A DNA stretch of 64,000 nt from Antedon mediterranea (Eukaryota > Animalia > Echinodermata). Positions 26,117 to 37,700 of this stretch are shown here, one piece after another (position 1 is the first letter of the stretch; every line of letters begins with the position of its first letter). The stretch spans positions 7,727,888 through 7,791,887 of the forward strand of contig NC_092676.1 of assembly GCF_964355755.1 (NCBI RefSeq), in the 5' to 3' direction. The translations under genes were made by a program, and so were the position numbers. The notes below the pieces were generated by a model. That model did not search any database. It saw only the letters and a program-made list of their open reading frames with translations, and was not told where the DNA came from.

Positions 26117-29100
26117 ATGCTGAAAAATTACAAATGCATGCCTGTCTACATAGTAGAAAATCACCAAGAGGTAACGCCATTGAATGTGCCTAAATAATAT
26201 CACATGTAATTATTGTAAACTAGCACGACCAACTTTACTTACTGCACCACCAGACAAGTTAGGCCTACTAGGCTAGGCCTATAGTATAGTAGGCATAGCT
26301 AGGCCTTAGTACTACTATAGGCCTATACTAGTAGTAGTAGAGTACTAGCTACTGTAGTAGGATACTCTATATATTATAGATAGGCAGTATAGAGGTTTAG
26401 GCCTAATCTACTATTAGTATTACTCCTGGGTTTACTGGCTGCAGCCAGCCCATCGTGACCAGAAAAAGTGTTTATTAGTGGCCATGTGTCAACAATTATT
26501 AAAATATGGCCTATATACTAGACCTAGATTGTTTTCATTCATTACAAAAAAGGATTTTAAATATATCTAGAAAAATATTTATAGGTCAAATATTTAAAAT
26601 GAGATCCATCAAGTCAAGCAATATACGCTGACATTTAATTGTGTATGCTTTCTCACACTTATCAATATCTTTAATGTGTGTTTACCTTTTTTCCGCAGGC
26701 TTTGCCACATATTTACCGTGCCATAGGATCCAGGCATCTTCCATTGGATGGAATGGTGATGGTACACTTTGATGCACACCCAGATCTTATGATTGCAACA
26801 GATATGAAATCTAATATTGTCTGCAACAAGCAAGCTCTGTTTGAGTAAGATGAGCTTGACCGACACTGTATGAGCAACCCATTGGCAACACCACCAGTGG
26901 GCGCAAAGGCCCCTGGTTTAGCACTCCTAACGGGCCAGCCAATGCTGGGTAGTTGCATTGGACTGCTCATGCTCTGTGGCCTATGGGTTTAGCCAGTGAG
27001 CGCTCATAGCCGTTATGTCACTGCTCTCCAGGCCACATCACATGCGTATCTGTCTAATAATATAATTAAAACATGCTTCTTAAATAATGTGTACTAATTA
27101 GTATGCTTTATATAATTATTATTTTGTTGTGAGGTAATTTCCCGATTGATCGTAATCAAAACGGTACTGGGTATGGTCTACTAGTTTTTCTGCTCCCAAC
27201 CAGTACATCCATTCATAGAAGCTTTGATGAAGTAAGCCTACCTGGTGGTGGCCATAGAACGGTCCCGAGATAACGACTATACTTCGGCTTTAGTCGATAG
27301 AAGATTGAATGAATTGTTAGAGATAGAGTATACGATGTTATGATTATGTGTAGATATGTGATTTGTTCTTTTTATTCCAATGATGTTATGTATTTAATAA
27401 ATTTGTTATATCAATTAATTAAATTATCGTAGATTGCATATTATGCGATGAATATTATTTAATACATTTTTGATATATTATTATTATTACATTAATAAAA
27501 AAAGATATTTGTTAGTATAAATTAAAAATATAGATATAAGGAAGAAAAGCAAAGAGATTATGGAGCGGCTGTACCAGAATATACAACATTAAGTATTGTA
27601 AAGTTAATATTATATTAAAAATTTAGGCGATCTTGTCAAAGGTCAAGCGCCTTCAGCCTGCCACGTTTCGATATTCAATATTGAACTTGCGGTTTATATT
27701 CCCTTATCTGAGAAGACACGTTCTACCACCAGAACCAGGTTTATGGGTAATCAGAAAAAAAAGAACCTTGACTGTTGCACCTGGTTATGCAAATTTTATT
27801 TGTTTTATAGGAGTTTATCTATTGAGAATTGGATAATGCCTGCCATGTTTGCAGGGCATCTGCAACATGTGGTTTGGGTGAAGCCACCCTGGGCCAATCA
27901 ACTAGAGGTTGGACAAACATCATTTCACATAGGAACACATGCAGAATCACAGAAAATAAGGTAACTCTATAAAGACACTAAGATTAAGAATGCTTTTTCC
28001 TCTAGAGTTTAACCACACAGGGGTGCATGCCATATAAAACACAGATGGTCTGGAGTATGAGTTTTGAATGGTTCTAGACAGTACAACCATAATTACGTAG
28101 CCATAACATCGGCAAGAGGCTCATTTGCTCCATGGTTCTGGTGGTAGAACGTGTCTTCTCAGATAAGGGAATATAAACCGCAAGTCTAGTGTACACATCT
28201 AGCTCATGTGCACTTTAAAAAACCTAGTACATCAAGTAGGGGGTTACCACAGTGTACAAGTACACGCACACACAGCCCCCGTCACACACTGGGCTCATTA
28301 TGTAATTGAGGCTGGACCATTTTAGAGGTGTTATCACTTGTTGGTCCCATCCTTCACTGAAATGTGTGTTAAGTCTATTTTTTTTAATGTACATCTTAGT
28401 GAGAAGTTGTATAAATAAATAAATGTACTCCAGAGATCTGGAAGAGGTATTACTCTATACGAAATTATTTTGTCATTTATGTAATCAATAAATTCTTAAT
28501 TTTAAGCAATTTATTTTCTAGAGTTACTTGGCCAGATTCATACTTCTTAAGCGATGTGCTCTTTGCAACAAAAGATGAACTGGAGAATGTGAAAGAAGTT
28601 AAAGTGAGCGTGGTCGACATGGAAACACCTCTTCTAAAGAGGGCGACATTTAAAGAACTTGAAAGAATCACTAAAGAAATAAATAAAAAACGAAATATTA
28701 AAAAACATCAAACTATAAGTCCTGTATCTGATGGTACTCAGAATGATCAAGCTGGTAACCAATCAAAATCTGTTACTGATACTCATACTCATAAGGTTTA
28801 TAGTGAAGACAAAAGTGAGAAAGAAATGATTAAGGATGCTGCCCTAAATATGTCTAACAAACCTCACTCTAGTCTGTCAAATAATATTTCATCAAAAACT
28901 CAATTCGAACAAACTTCAATTGTTGACGACAAATTTCATGACACAAACACCACAGAAAAGATGTTTGAGGTCATTTCGAAAGCAATAGAGGGCAGTAAGG
29001 CATATTTACTGGATATTGACTTGGACTTTTTCTCTACGAAAAATCCCTTTCGAGACATGTATACAGAGGTAAGTGAAATGTAAATTAAAACTACCAATTT

Positions 29101-31386
29101 TAAAATTGTTTATTGTCTAAAAGCATTTATCTGGGGGAGGCATTTATTTTTTTGGGTGTCATGGTAACATGTGAAATCAAATAAATACCCCCTAGATATG
29201 AAAAAATACAATTATAATTAATATCGAGACGTGATAAAATACAAAAACGCTTAGTAAATTGTGGATCATGTCAATCAATGAATTCTACTACAAATAGAAA
29301 TTTGTTGTAATACAATATTAGTGGGGGGGGGGGGGATTGGTTGTGATGGTTGAGAATTTGTTCAAAATGATTTTCTATTGTATTGGGGTGCGTCTATTCA
29401 AGGGAGGCGGTTATTTAAAGCGGGGCATTTATTCGAACAAATACAGTAAAACAATAGGTCCAGTGTGCACATCTTTCTGAACAGGGTGTTTACTTGGTGT
29501 GCTAATCCATATTGGCCTATGTTAAGAAGACGAATGATGACTGTCCAACAAGGTGTATGTAGCGTCTAGTCTAGTCCACATGTGCAACTATACCCCACTG
29601 GTCTGCACAGTAAAGGAAGATGAGATCAACTGTATAACTATACGTTAAAAGCAAATAATGGGTATACTTGGATAAAGACAATACCGTATTCAATTTATTT
29701 AATCAAATCGTTCAATTTCCAGGAACAGTATGACGTTCTCAAGAATCTTTATGACTTTATAGGACCCGCTGACGATTCAATAAGTGCAGTAAATGAATGT
29801 CAGAAAGTTAGAACAAGACAATTGATAGAGTTGGAGCTTGCGTTGAAGGCTGACCTTAAGGTCATTCCACTTACCAATGAAATAAAGCAGTTTAAGTATG
29901 TTTTTTATTATTTTTCCTGCATTACATTTACTACTATTTAATACTTCAATTTAATTCTTTAAGGGAATGCCTTCAAGACCCAAGAAAGTGTCCATTAACT
30001 TGCTCTTAGCTCCCTATCGCCACAAAGAATTAATGTGCAGCGCAGTTATATTGCTGTGCCCGATTGGTTGATTTGTAGCAGCCATATTGAAGAGAAACAA
30101 TCTACAGGTGGACACGTTTCGTGATTCTAATGCATTGGTGTTGACGATCTAGCCTTCTGCTTCTAAGGCCTTAAAACATATACTGCACTGTTGTAATGCG
30201 ACATTTATATAGCGCTATTTCATGAAGATCAGATCACTTAGATGTTACACCTTTTCAACAACATTCGTCTCCCCTAAGGGTGACATTATGTCATCAGCAG
30301 CCAACTAGACAGTGTGTGTGTGTGAACTAGTACACCGGGGTAACCCCCTACTCGTCTCGAAAGATGTACTAGGTTCTTAAAGTGCACACGAGCAATATGC
30401 ATACACTAGACCTACAGTTTATAGGACTTGTTCTACCACCAGAACCATGGAGCAAGTGAGCCTCGAACCATTGCCGATGTTATGGCAATGGATTACGGTT
30501 CCACTGTCTTAACCGCTCGGCCACTCATTCCTTCATCAGAAATTGTCCTACTGTATTCAATACATTATTTCATTCAGTTGTTATTCAGATATAAGTCAAC
30601 TTATTACCAGTATACGTGAAACAAGTCCAGAGACCCCAGACTGGGAGCTGATACACTCTGCTGGTATGTCATGTGACAACACCGATCCTGAGCTACCTCA
30701 TCATATCAGCACAGAGGAGGAGATAAAGAGCTTAATGACTGTGGCAGAATCGTTGATTGCCAAGTTACCAAGCCCTACTTTGATTACAATGTCAAGGTAA
30801 TTATAGTACTGTAATGTAGGCTAAAAGCTAAACAACGTCCAGAGGCTTTCAGCATTGGAGGCCTACTTAGGGTCCCTTAACCAGATCCTTCAGGCCTTTG
30901 CGTTGCACCACTGTAATTGTGGAATACTGTATTTACCTGTGTAGTACTAGTAGGCAAGAGCCTGTATGTACAGATATACTTTCAGGTCCCTTATGAGAGG
31001 TGGTCGCTTATGAGAGGTAGTTGCACAAAGCAGGATATTTACCACAATATTAGTATGAACAGTCTTGTATGCACAGATATTATACTTTCCAGGCCCATAA
31101 AGCTTATGAGGTGGTCTCTTATTAAAGGTTTAGCTGACCATTGCTAGTTTTAGTACAGATTGGATTGACTCGCTCTAATGAATATTGACATTTTCCACAT
31201 TATAAACGTACAGTATTTTTAATATTAAATTATTCTTACAGATCAAGTTATGATGACTATTGTCCACCAGAGTATGTTGACAACATTCAGCAACAGACGT
31301 TGAAAATGTTACAGAGAGTGTTTGGACAAATAGATGTACATCATGATTATGACACAGAGGACAATGAAGAAGAAAAAGGACAATGA
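26117..31386 (+). CDS. C5orf22: UPF0489 family protein, C5orf22 homolog; 7 coding exons
   Basis: Exons 26117-26170, 26699-26844, 27811-27960, 28522-29068, 29723-29895, 30578-30796, 31242-31386; phases consistent. Motifs [62 protein letters not shown]. Confidence 0.93.
27125..27689. repeat. Unclassified dispersed repeat, copy 1 (C5orf22 intron 2)
   Basis: Collinear similarity to 32506-32955 with a shared right terminus ...ttcaatattgaacttg. Confidence 0.85.
28045..28290 (+). mobile_element. SINE copy, same family, in C5orf22 intron 3
   Basis: aattacgtagccataac...ccatggttctggtggtagaac...gtgcactttaaa...gtagggggttacc. Confidence 0.78.
30290..30530 (-). mobile_element. tRNA-derived SINE copy with A-box (tggccgagcgg) and B-box (ggttcgag)
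   Basis: Homologous to 326-628. Confidence 0.78.
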
Positions 31387-31727
31387 TTTACCAGGATGAA
31401 ATACTTTTAGTTATTTACAAGAAAACTCTGACAATCATGATTCAAACAGGCCCCCAGCTATTGAGTCTAACAGTCATATTGCACACTCACTGAAATATAT
31501 GAGCATGTAAATCAAATAGACAGCTCCATATTTGATTGGCACGCCAGGAAATGTTGCTATTATTGTAGACATACAAACTATGGGCCAGTTTGGACCTATT
31601 GGAACACCAGAATTTTGTGTTATCAAAAATGGTATTTGTAATGGTATTCATAGAGTATTTAATTTATTTTTTTTACAAAAAAAAATTAAATCTTCATTTT
31701 AAAATGTGTTTTTCTTGCTACTGTATA

Positions 31728-34700
31728 TTATTTTTTCTTTTTCTTCTTTTTTGGTTCAAGTACATCCTCTTCATCAAGCACTTTACTTTTCGTCTTTTTT
31801 TTCTTAGCAATCCCATCAAATATCTCCCCAATTTGGTCACTCGCATCAGTTCTAACCTACATAAGATAATCCTCATAGTTTTAGGGCGATTCCCGAAGAC
31901 AGGATTTTGTCTGCGTTTTTTTTTTTAAATGAATACATGGCACAAAACAAAACAGTGATATACATACCAACTCTTCTTTCCTCACTTCCTCTTGTTCATC
32001 CCTTTTTTCTGTTGATACAAAATTGAAATTAAAAACTCAACACAACAGAACTGAAGGGACATATAACGCTCTGTCTACACTATCAAACTAGTTCCCAAAT
32101 ATAGTAGTGATGTCATCATCTCCATATATGAGCACATCACATTATTTTTGTCGAATAAAGTTTGATAGTGTAGACAGAGATTTACCAAAAAGGAAGAAGA
32201 TTGTATTGACAGATTAGATGGAACAATAGAAATCCATGGATCCAAAGGGTGTTGGATTACTGATTGTGAATCCAACTCTTGCTACATTGCTTGCGTTTGC
32301 CTCTCTCCACCCAGGTGTATAAATGGGTACCTGGTTAGATCAAGACACAAATTTGCGCAAATTTCTAGCTGTATTATGTAAGTATGTTTCTATACGCGTT
32401 TGATCCCAAAAATATTACCAGGGTAAAAATGTGAAGCATTTAGAAGAACAACATATTATTCACAGGAAAGTGTCTCCTGAATAGTCTTCAGCCAAGGCTC
32501 TTTAATGTCGTGAGGTGGTTTCCCGAAAGATCATAAAATCAAAACGGTACTGGGTATGACCAACTAGCGTTCTTGTCACCAACTAGTCATCCATTCATAG
32601 AAGTACTGATGTAGTAGCCTATCTGAACGGTGACCATAGAATGTGACCTGAGACATGACTAACTACGACTTTTAGTTGATAGAAGATTGAAAAAATGTTA
32701 CTGTATGTGGATGTTTAATGAAATTATGTCAATAATGATAACACACTAGGCATATACATAGTAATGTTTGTTAGTATAAATAATTTTGAGTTAATAAGAA
32801 TAAGATATAAAGAAGAAAAGCAAGGAGACTATGGAGCAGCTATTCCTGAATAGACAATACTAAGTATTGTAATTTTAAATTATAAATTTTAGGCGATCTT
32901 GTCAAAGGTCAAGCGCCTATAGCCTGCCACGTTTCGATATTCAATATTGAACTTGACCTCCTGTATTACCTTTTACTTCAACACAGTCCGATACAAGTTC
33001 CTTTAACATTCTTTGTTTACGAATCTCCCTATTTTGTAGTTCTTTCCATTCATTCTTCTTTTTCTTGAACAGGTCAACGGCAAGATTCTTGAAAATGAAC
33101 CGGCCGTAACGGTCCGACTGCAGAAGGCGATCTTTTGGCGCCAATTCTTCGATGATTATGAATTTAATTTTCAAGTTGGCAAATTTCCACATTGTATCAA
33201 TTGTCCGGCTGCCATTTTTATCACAACATAGTTTCATTAAATTCCCCTAGAAAAAATGTAATGATTAATTTAAAATGAAAATACAGTAGTGTCCCCTTAA
33301 AGCTGCTTTCACATGCACCCACAGAAAAATATTGTGGGAAATGAGTTTAGTGGTGAAGCATCGTACACACCTAAATCGTACAATTTGAATCCATACCAGA
33401 TTTGGACTCTGAATTCAGAGTGATGTATCAAGAAGCCATTTGTTCCCTGAAATCGTATGATTTTTTCTTTTGACCAATAAACAGTGAACCTCGTTTGACA
33501 CTGAATAACTAAATTCCTACTCCATGTGAAACCACACTCAATGCTCCCGATATTATTTTCAGGGCTCCGGACCGAATATGGCCACAATGTGAAAGCAGCT
33601 TAATAGGGGTGTTCTCAGAACAAGAACAGGGATGGTGTTTAAACATAATTCATTTTGTGCTGTCATTTTCAAAAGCCACCCTTGGAAATGTCTATAGGCA
33701 AAAATGATGTTTTCAGGTTATGTGCACTCACCTGTAGCTTCTGAACAAATTGCTCCCTTTTCTTTTCACCAACAACTGCGCATTGTAAGAATGCATCGAT
33801 AATATGGCTGCCACATGAATTGCATGCCATAGCAACAAGGTCATCTGGTGACATAGCTAAGAGACTTGAAATGATTGTTTTGCAGTTCTTGAATTTGAAC
33901 ATTTGCTGAAGCAGCAGAGAGCCTTGAATGTTGAATGGAAGCGAGACAGGCTTCGGAGTTTCTTCCTATAAAATAATTCCAATTTTAAATTGAGAAAAAT
34001 AGTCCATATAATCACAAATATATTTAAACTTAAAACTAGGTACCTACACTGAATCAAAACACTAAACGCTGCCGACAATCATTTGTTTATAATTGTATTC
34101 ACTTATTTAATTGAAATCTTTAGATTCAATAGTTGAACGCTTTTTTTTTAATTCATTGTATATTGTATGTAAATCAAAATTTAAACCAACCAACCAAATT
34201 TCGTTTATACCTTGTTGTTAAAATGACAATAAATAATATCGTATCGTATCATTACTTCTGTTCTCTGGAAAATCCTTTTTAACACTTTGACTGCCAGAGG
34301 TTTTTCCAGTTAGAAACTGCCACCGCCAGCGTTTTTAGCCCAATTCGATGTTTTTATTAAAGCTGATTGAAACCATGTATGTGATCTAATTTATATGTAA
34401 TTTAGACTAAAATAATCATAAAGATTTTAGCTTTACAATGGTACCAAGAACGATTTTTAAATCGCAATATGTAAATCGTAATAGTAAAATGAAAGTAACC
34501 CACTTTTTGAATTTTTCGTAGTTTCGCGCAAGAAAGTCGAGATAATCGCGATTTTGTGCAAGACATCACAATATGAAAATATCGCCTGGTGAGATCAACA
34601 AACAACGAAAAAGTTACTTACACGGCACCGATAGGCCTATAAAAACAAGTTATCACTATCGAAAAATGTATTACATTTTATAAATCATAAATCTTACATC

Positions 34701-37700
34701 AATGTTTCGCCAAAATCCACATAGTAAAGACACCAGGCCTAGTTAACCAGGCCTAAAGTTGGTCCGGAACCGTTTTACGACTAGGGCTAGGCTATAGCCT
34801 AGTACTACTAGCCTAGGCCTAAGAGATAATAAACTGATGATAATAACCATACCATTTCAAAACAAGTTTGTTGCGTGAAACTCGGTCACTTTCAGTAAAA
34901 CACCAAAACAATTAGGGTATACATACAATAATAAAATTAAAGACTTCATATTGAAAATGACTCCATTATTTTTTATTCAGATAACAAACAAACGTGTCAA
35001 TCCACAAAAACCTTTGTAATGCTTCGGCGGCATAGCTAGCGCGCGACCGATACACAATGCGCCAAGCCATCGCTCTACGCGCTACTGTGATGCGCGGTGT
35101 TTGTTATTTCGACAGGTACCATTTTGACAGTCGTTCGTAACCAGATTAGTTACTTTCAAATTGTAAAATATTGACGGTCCAGACCGAATATAGTGTTCAT
35201 ATTTTTAGTATATACCAATAATTAACCTATCTACCGGATTTCGTAAAAAAACGCGAAAAACGAAGATCTTCGTTTTTGGCAGTCAAGCGTTGTGTTTCCA
35301 AAAACGAAGATCTTCGTGTTTGGCAGTCAAAGTGTTAAGGAATTAAAAGGAGCAGCTGAAGCAGAGATGTCTGAAGACTTCTCAGTGGATTATCATTAAC
35401 CTTTAACCTCTACATGATAATTTATAACCTACTTTGTTATATTATATCAAGGAACAACTTTAGATTAGAAAAATTCCTTCTTTACAATTGAAATACTGAT
35501 ATGAAATGTATGCTGCGTATAGCATTTTGTGATTGTGACCGTTTAATACCAAAATACTGTACCTCGTTGGTGCCATAGTACACATCATACGTTTTCAATG
35601 AACATAAAAGCGTAATGCAACTCGTCTGTTTAGACTTGGGGTCGTAGCAATGAAAAGCTGTCAACAGACCTTCAATGAATTCATCTGAAAGATGTAAGGT
35701 TAGTGTAAGAACTTTATATATATAATCTACGGTGGAAGGTCAGATCGGACATGCGGTAACGCTAACAAACTGAATGGCTTTGTTTTCTGATTGATAGGTG
35801 TTAATGGAGTCATCGATGTTGTTATTTTTGGTAAACTTAAGTTCAATACATCGTTGAACTGGGCGTTTGGTAATTCTATTGTTCTTGACTGAATAATTTG
35901 GTCGATATTCGGAATTGAGAGTCGGTTTTCGGAATGGATTTTTTGTACAGTAAGAATATGCAAATTTTTGGGACTTACACAAACGGCCGGTTTAGCGTGA
36001 AAACCTGTTTTCCGGAGTTTGGGAGAGTTGACTGTATACGTCGTTCTTATATAGCGCTTAATGCACAAAGCCTCTAAGTGCTTCACATTATTACCGCATT
36101 AATGTTTTAGATCAAACCAAATGGATAGATACTCATATAATGCTACAGCCAGTTTTGACCTATACCAGGTACCCATTTGTACACCTGGGTAGAGACAGGC
36201 AAACTTAAGTAAAGTATCTTGCCTAAGGATACAAGCAATGTGACGGGCTTTGAACTTATCATCAATAGTCCAACACGCAACACAATGCGTCACACGCCCT
36301 CACAATAATATGCAAAACCTACTTGCGTAATAAATGTATTAGTAGATTTACAGTACTACAACTACTATAGGAGATAAACTGTTTCTTAAAATACATCATA
36401 CTATAAAAATTGAATACTGTAGCTCTATATAAACTGGGAGAAATAGCAGTAACATTGACGAAAATAGGTTTAAACAAAATGTATGTACTATACAACAATA
36501 TATAAACTGTATATTAGCACAATTCTTAATTGTTGTTTTCATACTTTGTTTAATGCCAACTCTGACACAAGCTTCAGCTAGCCTCTGTAAAACCTGGATA
36601 TGATTAACAGCAAGCAGATCCTCAAAGTGGTTGTACATCTCATCAAATATCATTTCAAGCTAAGAAGAGAATGATAATGTATTTTAATAAAGTTGTTTTA
36701 ATTCAATCAAATGACATCATAATCAATAAGCACTTAGAAACCGAGTTAAGTACTTGGAAAATATTGCCAAAGAGGGCGCATGTTGATATTTCGGCCCATG
36801 TTAAAAGAGTACAAATTACAAAAGTTATTAATGATTATTAATTTTCTTGACTTTCAATAGGCACCAAAAAATCTTCAAAATTGTATGCACTATCGTGCGA
36901 ACAACAAAGCAAAGCAATTACTATACTTGGCAAAATTTTAAATTTATTAAATTAGTAATAAAATAGTTGTATAGTCACGATATTATTGCTCTTACTAATC
37001 ATGACGTTGATTGGACATGTGGAAATATTATTTTGATCAAAGGCAGCCTAAAGACTCATTTGCACTAGCTAGGAGGATAACGATCGATGATAAATAGATA
37101 AACATAAATTTTTCTTGCATAAAACAAAAAAATTACGAAAGTTTTCCGTTTAGAACTATAGGATAACCAGTTATTGTGTCTTTGATAAAAATAATATTTT
37201 TGTAAATCCAATAAAATGACTTCATGATCCATAAAAACAATAAAATCGTTGTATCACCACGATATTATGGGTCTTACTATTTTAAATCATGACGTCATTT
37301 TATTGGACTTGTGAAAATATTATTTTCACCAAAGGCAGCATAGATGGTTATTCTATAGTTTTAGGATGAACAGTTGTTGGATTTCTTTTGTTTTGTGTAG
37401 GAAAAATGCATGTTTATCTATTTATCGTAGATCGTTATCGTCCCAGTGTGAATGGGCCTTAAATGGTTATCCTATAGTTCTAGAATATATATTTCCTAAT
37501 TTCTTTTGTTTCATGTAAGAAAAACCATATTTATCTAGTTATCATCGATAATTATATAAGATAAATGGCCTTTACTGTACCTGTTCTTCTGTGCTAACTT
37601 TCTGCAATATCGTCTGCACAATATGATTTGCTATCGTGTGTAACATTATAGGTGCAAGACATCCAGCGAAGTGTTTCTTGTACAGCTTGCGGAATTCCTT

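Noticed and set aside
27625-27689. Hammerhead ribozyme on the minus strand (cgaaacg...ctgaagg)
   Set aside because: Core order and stems could not be assembled, and copy 2 reads ctatag instead of ctgaag.
31590-31928. 112-aa hydrophobic plus-strand ORF
   Set aside because: Antisense to the lysine-rich last exon of NOP9; F/L richness reflects T-runs.
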